A DNA stretch of 64,000 nucleotides from Camelus dromedarius (GCF_036321535.1 NC_087437.1:39062001-39126000), one strand, 5' to 3'. Positions 1 through 13,563 are shown, counted from the first letter of the stretch. Notes: generated by a model from the letters alone, not told the origin. Translations and numbers: made by a program.

Positions 1-645
1 TCCTCTTCTATCTGTTCTTCCCGAGGCTGCCAGAAATGTTGCTCTGAAACACACATCTAATCATATCCCTCCTCTGCTAAAATCTCTCAGTGTTTCCCCA
101 TAGTCTACAGAATAAACTGCTATCTACTGGGCTTGGTGTACCAAACCTTTCATAGCCTGACCCCAGCAACCTTCGAGCTTTGATTATTGCCAGCTTGTGT
201 CCAGATGAAAAATTGTCAAGGACCCCATGTGAGCTGAGGGTTTTTTCACCTTCCTGTCTTCCTCTACCTAGTTTCCTCCACCTAGACTGTCCAGTCTCTC
301 AGCCTCTTTGTGGTCTGACTAAATTCCACTACAGTTCTTTTTTGGGGCAAAGAAATAAACATGTATCATGAAAAATAAGCTTTTTGTTCTTTAGGATATT
401 TTGAACCTTTAGCAAAAATATTCCTTAATCTCAGTTTGAATTAGTTTGGTTCCTAAAGCATCTTGTACCTTCTTTCATCATAGACATTATTGCACTATAT
501 TTTAAATATATCCCTTTACTCACCTCACCTGACTTCCTCAATTCACTGTTAGTTTCTTGAGGCATAAAGCCACATCTGTTTGCCTTTGTCCTCTCAGCAC
601 TCTGTACAATAGTAGGTAGGAATAATATGTTGAATGAATGCATGA
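1..645 (+). mobile_element. L2 LINE 3' fragments (interrupted)
   Basis: GCTGCCAGAAATGTTGCTCTGAAACACACATCTAATCATATCCCTCCTCTGCTAAAATCTCTCAGTG resembles the L2 consensus; L2-type tail AATAATATGTTGAATGAATGCATGAAT at ~620-645. Confidence 0.7.
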
Positions 646-3109
646 ATTCTACATGCACCAAGTATTCCAAACCCTCAGATCTGCTTGTTTCAGATTCCCA
701 GTGTTTCATGTGACCCAGCTTCCTCCATGCCTACAGCTAGTGACAGTATTAAATACGTGATATGTGATACGAATGTGGTCCTCTTTCTTATACTTGCTTT
801 CCTGCCATCTGCTCAGCTCGCTTTTCTTTCTGGTTCTCATGGTTATTCTTGCTGTTTTGCCTCAATTTGGCAAGGATGGCTGCTTAGACTGAATTTCCAA
901 GGCCAGGAGACTTGAACTCACTCTGTGACTTGTGAGGGTCTGTGTGTGACTGGTCTTCATGCTGCCATCTTATCATTCTCTGCAGCCTTGAAGGTAATTC
1001 TCTTTGCAAATGGATGTAATAGGAAATGAAACATTTCCCTCTGCAATGGCTATCGCTTAATGGCCAAAGAAAAGTCCAGATAGTGTTATAAGCTTTCTAT
1101 GAGTTTCTTCTGATTTTCCCTTTAAACAGTTGAAAATTACTAGTTAGACTTTGAAAAAGGAAGGGGAGGGGTATGATACAGGAGTTCCACCCCTGCATAC
1201 CTCTTTTCCCACACATAGTTCTAGAATCACTCTTTAAACATTTGCTTCATTGTAAGAAAAACAGCTTTTATTTCAGAATTTCCCATTGGGCTTCCACTTC
1301 CTCTCATTAAAATGAATGTGTTTGCAGTTTGGAAGAAGAATTATAGGGCCATCCTTTTGAATGTTGAATGGAAAAGTGAATACATTTAAGGCAGAAGAGG
1401 CTCCTGCTTGTATTCTCATAAAATGTGAAATGCTGTATAAAAATATAGCCAACATCTAGTTTCAAAAATCTATTAATAGGCTGTTAATCAGTCTAACAAA
1501 ATATTTCAATTTTTTTTGGTCATTTGAGTTTTGATCGATAGCTTTAAAGTTCCTTTTATTTGGATATTGATTAGCATGAGGTAGAGAACAAAACAAGAAA
1601 AAAAATCAGCTTTTTAAAAATATTCCATGGTGTTCCAAATAGACAAAATAAACAATTACGTTGGTGATTGTGTAATTTAGTGTTTATCATCAAAAAGCTG
1701 TATTTCCGTGCTTTTTATCTCTGGTTTAAAGACATTTTGTAAAGATTTCAGACAACAAATGGAAAATCTAGTTCATAAAGCAAAGAGAGATAACTTGCAT
1801 TGTGAGGACTGGAAGTAGTTACTCCACAGAATTCTTTTATTTTAAATACAGTGTTTTGAAGAAAGACGAATAGGTTTTCAAGCCTATCAGTTGTCCCAGA
1901 CATTGCCAATAAGGTCAAGTCTGGAAGAAGTGAAAGCGAAAGAGAGAAAGTAGTAACTTTCATAAGGAGACTTTGTTTATTCCAGGAGATAAATGAGATT
2001 CACAGATGGATAGAAAAGACATTTGCATTAAGTGTCATACGTTGAATGACTAGTTTGTAATTTGCTTCAGAGGTTTCCTTTCTGAACATCTGAAGTCATT
2101 CTCAGCTCTGAAAATTCCCAAAGTGTGTTTCGGAATTATTTCCTTCATTACTTGTAAATCTGTGTCTTGAGATTACCACCCAGATAATGTTAAACTTAGA
2201 AAAATCAAAAAGAATCAGTTTTCTAAATCTCTTGGAAAAATCCAACGTGCCGCTAAGTTCTGTTTGTATATCTCTCCATCCTGGAAAGAGAGATGACCAG
2301 GAGAAGTTTGGGTTCAGAAGCACAGATTTATTGCATAGACCTGGGAACCACCCTTTATTGGTTATCACAGTCTGAAAACAGCAGCAGCAAACGTACGAAA
2401 AAGCCAAGGGGCTGAGGAAGGGTGAGGGGCAAAGAAGCAGCCTCTTCTGTTACTTCTGTTGACGCTTGTCAAATGAAATTCTGTAAACACAACTCGAGGT
2501 GTACAAAGAGTCAACACAGACTTGACTTTCATAGCATAGCATGTGAATACAGAACACGCTGGGAAAGATGTTTTATGAGGAAGCAGTCTTTTGATGGAAG
2601 GCATCCCTTAAATTTTACGCATGGCTGTATAAAAAGAGATAAACTGAAAGACCAAGTCATTTTCTAAGTTAAGAGAAAAGACTTATTGAAATGACATGCT
2701 TTTTCTTTGCTCTGGAGTTCACACAATGAGGCAAGGCTTTGGGTGAGTTAGGTTAGAGCTTTTCAAATATATTGACAATAGCAAGAGATGTTTTGTTTAG
2801 CTTCTGAGTAGATTTTTTCCTCTCTCTTTTATGTGTTACTGTTAAATAGTCTTTCCGATTTGTTGTGTAGAAATGGAAATGGTTGTCAGTGACTCAGGTC
2901 TTACCACCAATGGTGTAAGTTTGATGTAAGAATATGCACTTAGATGAAGCGACAACAGCAACTCTAATTGTTGAAAATTGCACATCAGGCATGTAAGGAG
3001 TGTACCACGGAATTCGAAGGAGGTCGAAAGTCCCCCTACTCCCTTCTTTCCCAGCTAAAATTTCTCAGCAATCGGAAGCCTAATATCCCCAACATGTATA
3101 TATTTACTT

Positions 3110-3340
3110 GTTTGTTTGCTCATTTGTTTAACAAACATTTAAAGGCACCGTGTATCAAGCACTGCTCTAAGTACTTAAGAGAACTCACTGAGATAGTGAT
3201 GCTTATTATCCTTAATTTGCAGATGAGACAATGGAGACCAAGTAGGGAAACATTATTCTTCCAGGACCACACACTGTTAGTATCCAAACTCAGGTAATCT
3301 GACTCCAGGATCTGTTCCTTCAGCTACTAGCTGTAACCTT
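3110..3340 (-). mobile_element. MIR SINE
   Basis: TTATTATCCTTAATTTGCAGATGAGACAATGGAGAC...CAAACTCAGGTAATCTGACTCCAG matches the reverse MIR core. Confidence 0.7.
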
Positions 3341-4069
3341 CTGCTGCTCCAGGCTAACAGTTTATTTATACGGGTTATTTTTTAATGATGAAAGTACCGT
3401 AGTAAAGAGGGACAGTATATTAATAGCCATAAATACATCACTCTGAACAATGTAAAGGTCTTGGAAAGAGCTGACTGGCTTTCCCAGAGGCGAACTGAGA
3501 CCTAGACTCTTACTGGAGGTAAGGAGGGGCTGAGAGGTTTAAAACCCAGAATGTGAGTGGAGTGAGAAGGCTCCAGAAACGCTCTGGGTTTATGTGGGAA
3601 GTGGAAATTGTGGAAGGTAAGATGGGCGCCCACATGGGCTGCTTTACACACTTGACCCTTTTATAACCTGAACCAGGTCTGGCCACCCTAATCAATCTGT
3701 TCTTTTGTCTACTTTGTTTCCTTCTGAATTTTTTGTTCTGCTCTCTGTCCTCCCCTCGTCTTTCCCATCCTTCTTCACTCATTAATGCCAGGATTATACG
3801 TCCTATGTAGCTGGCTAAGACTTGTTGTTTATTGAGCCTAAAGCACCTGCGCTCTCATCTGAAGCACGCTCACTGTGGTCCCCGCGGGTAAATTCTGGCC
3901 CACAGTGGTGTGTGGATTCGTGCTAGAGTACATTGTGCTGTGTTTGTGTTTTTGATTGAGTTGGTGGCTCTGTCAGCCAGGATGAGATATTTACAGCACA
4001 CGCACGAGCACAAATGTGCACACTTGTGCACACACACGGACGTCTTAGTAGTTTAGATAGCACAATTTT

Positions 4070-4340
4070 CTTTCTCACTCATGTAGCACATATATAATGA
4101 CAATTGCACTGAATTGTCTTCACTCTGGACCTACCTTGATGAAGCAGCCACTGTCTGGAATATTAATAGTTGCCAGAGCAGAGAGAGAAGAGCTCTGGAA
4201 GATCATACATCTACAATTAAAATCTGGTTTACAAGTCACTAAGCAGAACTATTCACATGGTCCTATCCAGTCAGGAGGAGGCTGAATGGTGCAATTCTAT
4301 GTGCCCAGAAGGCAGGAAGCCCTGTGACTCCTACCATTGT
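4070..4340 (-). mobile_element. Old MLT1-like (ERVL-MaLR) LTR fragment
   Basis: CAGAACTATTCACATGGTCC...AATTCTATGTGCCCAGAAGG resembles old MLT1 (J/K/L-type) termini; highly degenerate. Confidence 0.45.
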
Positions 4341-6145
4341 AGACATTTAAATTCAGAGAACCCACTTAAAGATTGGAAATTAAAAAAAAAAATCAAAATT
4401 TGACAACATTGCTTCCCAATCCCTGCTAGGAAGTAGTTGATTAGAGCTAAAATAGCAGGTTTCCCTTCGGTGTAAGATATGTGGCAAATCTCCCATTTAC
4501 TAGCTCCCCTCAGCTCCCTGATGAGGTGTCTGTGTCCACATCCATTGTTCTTGTGTTGCTCATTTTCTTATAGAGGGTTTAATGAAGGAAGTACCTGTTG
4601 CCACATCTATCACAAGTTAAAAAAGACAAAAAAAAAAAAAATGAACCCAGATTTCAAGAAGAATGGAATTGCTTTATTGTTTTTGTTCTTATTGTTATTT
4701 TGGTTTGGTTGATTTTTGGAAGCTAAAAAATGTTTCTGGTTGCTTAATATTATTTATTCTGAAAAAAAAAAAGTTTATCAAATGTATTTGATTTTTCCCT
4801 TAAGGATACCATTGGTCTAAATAAATCTGGGATAGGGTCCATGTGGATTAATTTATTTTTTCTTAAAATGTCTTTTAAAGTTTCACTTTGGGCTTAGGTT
4901 TAATAAATATTATTCAGTAAATATGGTTTGTTGCAAATGTGAGGTTCCAGTAGTTCAGATTTGAAAAGAACAACAGCCCATGTGGATTTTGAAATAAACT
5001 CTGTGTGGCATGCTTTTTCCTTCCTGCTATTTCAGACGTTTTAGAAGATCTAATTTTTCTTAAAAAAATTCTCCAAGAAAATTAATTTACATTCTTTTAC
5101 ATTTTCATCTTGACAGCAATAGGGAAAAAGTTGAAGTGAGTTGATATTTACTTGCCAGATAAAACAATTATTAATGTAAATAGACTGAATGCGAATTTTG
5201 TTAAAAAATTGGTCAGCCTAGTGTTTTCGAAGTTTAGATTAATCATTTTTGGAATTTTTGAATGCATACTTGAAACGAAGATTAAAACATTTTTCAAGTG
5301 GCACTGGACACTACTGAAGTCAAACCATAACCTTTTGTTTGATATTTCATATCAGAGGGTAATCAATTCTAAATGATCTACATTTCAGGAATTGGTTCAG
5401 AGTCTAAAATTTGATATTTCACTTACCACTACTGTGAGAAGACCTGTACATATTGCAGAGAACAAATATATTTTTTAACATTTTACTGTTAAATTGGGAT
5501 GAAATATGCTATTTTACTCTGACTATGAAGTATCACACTTTAAAGTATATTAAAATTTAGATGGTTCAATATGTATTGCCAAATCATATGAATGGCCACG
5601 GACAGCTGAGTGAATAATTTTGAGGAATGACAACTCAATGTGCTATTCCTTTCAAATGAAAGCTGTAGAAACTCAGTCTGCCTAGTCTACTTTTAGAAGT
5701 TAATATAAGTTCAGTCTATTTTCATATTTCAATTGTACCTGAATTTAAAATGCCAGGTTTCATCCATCTCTTATGGTAACTCTTAAGTCTAACCATTTCC
5801 CAAAATATTTTCTAAAGTGCATATAAAAGCCTATTGGGAAAAAAAACAAAAAAACAAAAAAAAAAAACCCTTATGGTATATTGGCTCTTATGCAGGTTAA
5901 TCAAAGTATGGATGGTTAAAAAGAATCTTCTTAAAACAAGGTTATTAACATTTTGAGTGAAGGTACATCTCATAGTGAAGTATGATGGGCTGGCTCCATC
6001 TCTCTTTTTCTAAAAGAGGAGAGTTGAAATCATAGCATATTCAGGCAAATATAAGTATCCACGGTTTCTGGAGGAGAGGGGATTTCGGGATGGTGAGCCT
6101 TTTAAGAATTTTTATCATGTATGTGACTAAAAATAATATGCTTTT

Positions 6146-6840
6146 ACTGTACTCACAACTCTGCTGATAGCAAATGTGTGTTGGTTTTCCCTACACCAGC
6201 CAATTTACTAACTCTTCAAACACAAACTGGGTGTCCTCCAGTTCAGTTCTGACACTACCAGGAGTTGGAGCGGACTCCTCAGGTTAAGGGCTCAGTCTCA
6301 TAAGGCTGCCCCTCACTTCAAATGCAGTCTCAAGTTCTAAGTGTTCATCTGTACTTCTGACCGACTGACTGTAAATTGGGAATCCCCACAGCCCCCTCCT
6401 CAGGTTTAATAATTTGCTTTAACATCTCACAGAACTCAGGGAAACACTTTACTTAGTGATTTAACATACAGGATACAGGGTACAACTCAGAACAGCCAAA
6501 TGGAAGAGATGCATAGGGCACGGTATGGGGGAGGGGTGCGGGGCCCTGGACATAACACCCTCCCAGCGCCCTTATGTGTTCACCAACCTGGAGGCTCTCC
6601 AGACCTCTTTGTTTAGGGCTTTTATGGAGACTCCATTATGTAGGCACAATTGATTAAATCATTGGCCATTGGTGACTGAGCTCAATCTCCAGCCCCTTTC
6701 CACCCCTCTGAGGTTGGGGGATGTGGCTAAAAGTTCTAACCTTCTAATCACCTGTTCGTTCCTCTGGCAACCAGCTCCCATCCTCCCAGGCTCATCTCAT
6801 TAGCTTAAACTCAGATACGGTTGAAAGGAGCTTGTTATTA
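6146..6840 (-). mobile_element. MER21-like ERVL LTR, left part (split by L1)
   Basis: GGTTAAGGGCTCAGTCTCATAAGGCTGCCCCTCACTTCA, GATTAAATCATTGGCCATTGGTGACTGAGCTCAATCTCCAGCCCC and CTCATTAGCTTAAACTCAG are MER21-type; sequence continues at 8284. Confidence 0.75.
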
Positions 6841-7792
6841 ACCAAATACCTATGGTCAATTAATTCTTGACAAAGGAGGCAAGAATATACAATGGAGAAA
6901 AGACAGTCTATTCAGCAAGCAGTGCTGAGAAAACTAGACAGCTATATGTAGAACAGTGAGATTAGAACATTTCCTCACACCATGTACAAAAATAGACACA
7001 AAACGGATTAAAGACCTAACTGTAAGACCTGAAACTATAAAACACCTAGAAGAGAACATAGAGAGGACACACTTTGACATAAATCGTAGTGATATTTTTT
7101 TGAATCTGTCTCCTAAGGCAAAAGAAATAAAAGCAAAAATAAACAAATGAGACCTAATTAAACTTAAAAGCTTTTGGATGGCAAAGGAAAACATCAACAA
7201 AACTAAAAGACAACCTATGGAATGGGACAAAATATTTGCAAATGATGATTGATAAGGGGTTAACATCCATAATATGTGAACAGCTCATACAACTCAATAT
7301 CAAAAAATCCCAAACAATCCATTTAATAAATGGGCAAGAGACCTGAATAGACATTTTTCTAAAGAAAACACACAGATGGCTAACAGGCACTTGAAGGATG
7401 CTCAATATCACTAATTATTAGAGAAACACAAATCAAAACAACCATGAGGTATCACCTCACATCTATCAGAATGGCTATTATCAAAAAGTGTACAAATAGC
7501 AAATGTCGAGGAGGATGTAAAGAAAATTCCCACCTTGTACACTGTGGCAGGAATGTAAATGGCGCAGCCAGTATGGAAAACAGTATGGAGGTTCCTCAAA
7601 AAACTGAAAATAGAGTTACCATATGACCCAGCAATTCCACTCCTGAGTATATATCTGGAAAACTGAAAACACTAATTTGAAAAGATACACGCACCCCATA
7701 TGCATATCAGCACTATTTACAATAGCCAAGACATAGAAGCAACCCAAGTGCCCATGAACAGACAAATGGATAAAGAAAATGTGGTGTGTATT

Positions 7793-7823
<31 letters not shown>

Positions 7824-8283
7824 ATATTTACCATAAAAAATGAAATTCTACCATTTGCAGCAACGTGGATGGATATGGAAAATATTATGCTTAGTGAAAT
7901 AAATCATACAAAGACAAATGCTGTATATTAGCACTTATATGTGGAATTTAAAAAACAAACAAACAAATGTATATAGCAAACTGGAAACAGATTCACAGAT
8001 ACAGAAAAGAAAATAGTGGTTACCAGAGGGAAGAGGAAAGGCAGGAAGGGCAAGACAGGGATATGGGATTAATAGATACAGATTACTATGTATGAAATAG
8101 GTAAGCAACAAGGGTATATTGTACAGCAAAGGGAATTATAGTCATTATCTTGTAATGCCTTTTAATAAGTATAATCTGTAAAAATACTGAATCATTATGC
8201 TGTACACATGAAACCAATATAATGTAAATCAACTATACTTCAATTAAAAATAATAAAGTATAGCAGAGAGAAAAAAAGAGAAT
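6841..8283 (+). mobile_element. 5'-truncated L1 (ORF2 C-terminal remnant, 3' UTR, A-rich tail), cetartiodactyl type
   Basis: ORFs 6956-7150 (HFLTPCTKIDTKRIKDLTVRPETIK) and 7444-7626 (MRYHLTSIRMAIIKK) are L1 ORF2 motifs broken by stops and frameshifts. 3' end is TGTAAATCAACTATACTTCAATTAAAAA. Candidate TSD AGC(T/A)TGTTAT(T/A)A at 6829-6840 and 8284-8295. Confidence 0.95.
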
Positions 8284-8420
8284 AGCATGTTATAAATAAC
8301 AAAAGAGACACTTCTCTTTCCTCTACCATTCAGGAAATTACAAGGGATTTAATAGAAGCTCTATGCCAGGAACTGGGGATGAAGACCAAATACTTATTTT
8401 TTATTATATCACAATATCAC
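8284..8420 (-). mobile_element. MER21-like LTR, terminal part
   Basis: Reverse complement reads TGTGATATTGTGATATAATAAAAAATAAGTATTTGGTCTTCATCCCCAGTTCCTGGCATAGAGC, the MER21B-type 5' terminus. Confidence 0.8.
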
Positions 8421-10271
8421 AGTTACTTATCATCTTTTCATATTAAGGGCAATTGATCACAATATAGAGAATCCCTAAGCTATTACTAGTTCCCTATTGT
8501 TTTTCCCACATTATTTATTATCATCCATAATACCCTATATGCTATTTATTTGATAGGGACTTGTCTTCTTCATTGAATTTTAGTTTTCTACTTTCAGCAT
8601 TTTAATCTGCTTGTTGAATTTCTTGTCATATATATTCTTACTAGTTTGTGAAATGCACATAATCTCTTAGTAGGAACACCCCCACCATTACCTAAAATAC
8701 AGTCTGAAAAATGTCGAATCTTTCCTTTTACAGTGTTTTCCTTTCTTTTTCCCTGAGATCTTTGAACTTTATTTTCCTGAATTTTGAGACTTTTGTATGT
8801 ATCGTAAGTGTTATATGCAGCTCGTAATACCGTGTACAGTGGTGTTAGCATTTTCTCCCAGGGTCTCAGTCATTTCCTCAATCAACCATTGAGTAGGAAT
8901 GGTGTTATGAGAGGTACTTACTGCTTTTTCAATTTCCTGAGAGATTAAGCTGTCAGCTAGGCAACTAGCTCTACTCTCAGCGGATGAGAACAGCCAGCTA
9001 GGTAGAAAGCTTTCTCTACTTGGAGCCAGTCTGAGTTCATCCTTTCTTTCATCACTATTAGGAAAGCCCTGTTGACACAAACTCCTGGTTACCTATTCTT
9101 CAACTGCATGTGATAGTATGGTTTCTGATAAATAGTTGCTCAATAAATGTTTGTTGAATAATGTATTGAAGGATTGACTCTAGCCCAGTCTTCTATGTAC
9201 TGAGACCTCTTCTGTTTCTTTCCTTATTCTCCCATGTGCTTTCTCTCCCCTCTCCCCTCTGGTTTGTAGATCTCAGTGCCTGTCTTCTATGCATCAAGCA
9301 GCATTTTATACAAGATGTCCCTCCTTACCGGTGTGTTGAATTATGTGTTCTATCCAGTGTATTAGAGAAACCAGTGAGTTTGTTCGCTAACAGTATTACA
9401 TTTTCAACTTTATTTATTGATTATTCATATTCTATAAATTTTCATTCTCCTTTTTTTAAATTTTAAGGGTTGTATTTGATCATCTTTCCAGTTTTTTTGT
9501 GACTGAGAATAGATGAGTTCCTCCTCCGAGTTACTCTTTTTAGTCTATGTGTGTTGCCCTTCATAACATCCAATTGTATGATTTTATTTGAGCATTTTAT
9601 CACTTTTCTTCCACATTTCAGTTTGAAAGATTCTACTGAATGCCTACTTTATGCCCTCACGTCTTCAAATTTTAAGTAGCTTTTACAGTAAGAACACACC
9701 GGAATTACCATAGGAATTTGCATATTTAAAGATGCTTTCCAACGCGTAGAAGCGTCAGTGTATGTTCGTGGCACAAGTAGTTAAAACACGTGTGTTGTGG
9801 ATTTGAGCAGAGACCTTTCACCTAAGACTCAGATTACCTGATTATTAAAACACACTTACATCTCAAATCCTCAGTTCTCTTATAATGTCATGACCTTTAA
9901 CTGGAAGAAGAGATGCAAATACCACTTGTTCTCACAAATACTTAAGCCATTAGAGGAGCATTTTAGATTTCTTTAGGCTTTTCCACTTACTCTCAGAGGA
10001 TTACCTGAATTGATGAGCATCTGATGGCTTTCACACACTTGGGCAGAAAGAGAGCAAACCTCTCTATTAGCTGTCAGATAGATAATAATATATGGTGCCT
10101 TCCCTGTGTTTAGCAGCAACTGACTAAATCATCATCCACAATTCTGTTCATCTGCTGGCACCTTATAGTTTCGTGGCATATAGAAAGCTGTGACTTAAAA
10201 AAAGTGGCCACCTTTTTCAAAAAAGGCCAGTCTTTTATCTGGAACGTGACTTCAGAACTCCAGGGATGTAA

Positions 10272-10606
10272 AGCAGTGGTCTTCAACCTTGGCTGTACAG
10301 GGAGAGCTTTAAAAAAACTTCCAATGTCTGGGATCCATTCCCAGAGATTCTGAAGTGAAAATCTGGGGCATCCAAAGTTTAAAAAGCTTCCCAGGTGATC
10401 TTAATGTGCAGCCAGCACTGGGAAAGACTGCTGGAGCTAGTGCTTCTCAAACCTCAGTGTGAACTCAGATCACCTGGGCATCTTGTTAAGCTGCGGCTGC
10501 CTCCTCAGGTGGGAGTCTTTAAGAGGGAGCCTAAGAGCTTGCATTCTTAACAAGCTCCTGGAGGAAGAAGACGCTGCTGGTTCACGGACCACACTGTGAG
10601 TTACAG
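10272..10606. mobile_element. Two adjacent MER5-family hAT-Charlie MITEs
   Basis: First element CAGTGGTCTTCAACCTTGGCTG...CCCAGGTGATCTTAATGTGCAGCCAG; second starts TAGTGCTTCTCAAAC...ATCACCTGGGCATCTTGTTAA...GGACCACACTGTGAG. Confidence 0.8.
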
Positions 10607-11148
10607 GCATGTAGAATTTCTTTCTCCCTTCTTTGTCGTAGTTTTCCACTCTCCAGAACTTTGGTACTAGTTTTAATTCCATTATCATGTTCCTAGAATC
10701 TTTTTCTTTCCTACTTTGTGGGTGGTTGCTCACAAGTGTTTCTAAGAACTTGCTGCTTCCTCATACAGCAGGGCCTAGAAAGGCATTCCTGGACCCTTGT
10801 GCCTTCTTTTTTAGCAGGGAGGCCAAATTGCATTTAGAGTGCACGTAATTGGTGAGTGCCTTAGGCAGGGAGATAAATATAACTCTGGTCACTGGAAAGT
10901 TTCCTTCAGTGGCCCTATCTCCCAGGTCTCATGTTGAAAAGCTGTCTTTTGTAGCTCCCCTGGGAGCCCTTTTTGTTACCTTCTGGGGAAAAAAACCTGC
11001 ATCCAAGTGATCCAGGCAACCTTCTTCCCCTGAAGCTAACCTCTGCTTAATTGTTTGTTGTTGACAATGAGCTCTAATTTGCCCCAGCTCTCTTGAACTT
11101 TGAAAACGATATTCCAGTATTCAGTGTTCTGTTTTAAAACTCATAGCC

Positions 11149-11199
11149 CTGACACAACATTGTAAATCAACTGTACTTCAATTAAAAAATAAAACAAAC
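11149..11199 (+). mobile_element. Very short L1 3'-end insertion
   Basis: GACACAACATTGTAAATCAACTGTACTTCAATTAAAAAAT plus A-rich tail; flanked by AAAACTCATAGCC and AAACCTCATTGCC. Confidence 0.85.
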
Positions 11200-11404
11200 A
11201 AACCTCATTGCCTTTTCTGCCTCCTTTATTTGATCTAACTCGCCAAGATTTAACTCTGAAGTACGTTGAATGGTGGCTCTCAAATTTTATTGGAGATAAA
11301 TATCCCTTGGACTGCTGATTAACCATGATGATTCCTGGCTCCATCTTCAGATGAGATGGAGGTTCTGACGATGGTCCGGCCTTGGAGAAACACTGTTTTT
11401 GACC

Positions 11405-11537
11405 TGGCATCTCAAGCTTGAATGTCTGTTAGAATCACCTGGGGATCTTGTTACCCTGCAGATTCTGGTTTAGCCGCTTTTGATGGGATATTTCTAACAA
11501 GACTTTAGATCCCAGGAGCCACAATATTTTGAGTAGT
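11405..11537. mobile_element. MER5A-like MITE
   Basis: TCTCAAGCTTGAATG...AGAATCACCTGGGGATCTTGTTA...GCAGATTCTG...TTTCTAACAAG...TTTGAGTAG. Confidence 0.7.
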
Positions 11538-12339
11538 ACGATTTTTAAATCATATAGTTAATACCATACAATTCAGACTTAAAAGTAAATGCTACCTTTA
11601 ATCTAATATAATGTATGTCAAAAATCTTTGATTAAAACATAAGCTTCTTAAGGGCAAACATCTCAAATCACAGAATACCAAACTTGGAAGAGACCTTCTA
11701 GATAATTCAGAGATCTCTGCTCACATTCAGCCCTAAGATCCAAGCCTTTAGCTCTGTTTAAAGCAAGCATTACATTGACCTCTCTTGTAAAAAAGGATCT
11801 GATTTTCCAGTTTTTCCTCAAGCTCCACTCAGCTTCTAGGGGCCTTTGTGTTTGGCGGTCTGTTTCCTTCACTTGAGGTTCAACAAGAGAATGCTGTTGG
11901 TCAGTATCATGCCATTCAGTGCTGAAGAACAGAGAATGGACCTAAACGTGTCACAAGCCTGGGCGTGTAGCCACCACGTGATGCCTGTTTGTTTATAGCT
12001 TAAATGAAATCTGCATCAGAGTGATGATTTTGAAGGTTCTTTGGGCTTGTAGTTCTTATGTAAAAAACATAGCCCTGGTTTTGCTTTAGTATTAAAACAT
12101 CAAAAGTTACAAAATCTGTCCTGGATTCATTGCTGATGGATATAAGGTTAATCTTTGCCTTTTTCTTGCTTCAGTAGCTTTAAAATAAGACTGATCCACC
12201 TAAAGCATCAATAAAGTCATGTTGAAAGGAAGCCTCAGCTTTTCAAAACATCCTTTACAAGTAAGATAAAATTCTTTCCCATCATCTCCTGTGGAATTTA
12301 TTAGAGTCAAGAAAAATAAAAGACTTTTATTTGAGAGGA

Positions 12340-12570
12340 AAACTGAATCTAAAAGCCTGGAATGCACTGAACAGATACTTTGGAGCTGGATAAGGCTGAA
12401 TTTAATCCAGATCCTGCTGCTTGCTGTGTGACAGGTCCTAGACAATTTCTTTTAGTACTTCTAAACTGATTTTCCCACCTGTGAAATGGACATGATAATA
12501 GCTACCTGCAGAACTATATATAATTAGAAAACATGATAAAAATATTTTTAACATAATTCATAGTAAAGAA
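12340..12570 (+). mobile_element. MIR SINE
   Basis: GCTGTGTGAC...TTTCCCACCTGTGAAATGGACATGATAATAGCTACCT. Confidence 0.65.
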
Positions 12571-13053
12571 TAGTCATCAAGTTTCTTCCTAGACTTGTTT
12601 TCTTACATATTATTCCCACTATATATTCTCATTGTTTTCGTATATTTTCCCTCTGAGTTAAACATCTAATTTTAGTATTTAAGTCTATTTAAGTCCTGGA
12701 AATTTTACACAGATGATTTTAAAGACAAATATAGTTGGAAAACTGTGGTAAAAACATTCAAAATTACATATTATAGAAACTTTTTAATAGAAGCCAGGTC
12801 AGGTATCAGAATACAGTTTATGAGAGAGAGAAGGTGATCAATTTGTGCTGAATTAAAAAATTAAAGATAATAAGCTTTTTAGAAAATAATTTGCTAAGAA
12901 AAATCATTGCTCTGTAATGTTTGCTATAAACTGTATACTGTTCTTTTAAGGACATTTTTGAAAATGGAAAACCACTAGTTTATAGTAGAGAGTTTTCTTA
13001 TTTTCTTATTTCCTTTGAAAAATAATTTAATCCCCTTATGTGCATTTTTTAAA

Positions 13054-13250
13054 CCCAGAAATCGTCAACCAGGGAAAAGTTTGCTCCCCATACTCCCAAA
13101 GAGGACATTTGGCAGTGTCTGGAGGGGGGTTGCTACTGGCCTGTAGTCAAGGCCAGGGATGCTGTTCAACATCCTACGATGCACAGGACAAGTTCCCCAC
13201 AATAAAGAATTGTTGGCGTAAAAGGTCAATAGTGCTGAGATTGAAAAACC
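13054..13250. mobile_element. MER20 (hAT-Charlie)
   Basis: GGACATTTGGCAGTGTCTGGAG...GGCCAGGGATGCTG...CATCCTACGATGCACAGGACA...GTCAATAGTGCTGAGATTGAAAAACCCT. Confidence 0.9.
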
Positions 13251-13312
13251 CTACTTTCATCTACAGATTGATTAAAATAAGTGGTGCAGTGCTAAAAATG
13301 TGTGGTTCTTAA

Positions 13313-13563
13313 CCATGCGTTCTCAATGAGGGCAACATGGTTTTCAAGAGAACAAAAACTGGTCCACGGTGGGCAAAAGACATTTTAGATACTATCATGG
13401 ATTATGACCCACCAAAGGTCAATCCTACTGAACAACATAAAGAGATATACAGTATATCTGTGATGCTAAAATTCCATAAGGGTGAGGCTGGCCTAGTCAG
13501 GGAGGAAAAAGTCTAAGTAAGCTTTTTAGAGGGTTATAATGAAAAAGAGGTTGAGAAACATTG
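13313..13563. mobile_element. MER112-like hAT MITE
   Basis: Termini CATGCGTTCTCAA and GGTTGAGAAACATTG; internal AGATATACAGTATATCTGTG palindrome. Confidence 0.75.

Noticed and set aside
985..992. Possible 8-nt microexon CCTTGAAG
   Set aside because: Not a multiple of three and the donor is weak.
6934..8129. Cluster of ORFs on both strands
   Set aside because: Fragments or antisense readings of a dead L1, not a host gene.
10815..10851. Possible exon (TTTTTTAG ... TTG|GTGAGT)
   Set aside because: 34 or 37 nt, frame-shifting, with no other support; such pseudoexons are common.
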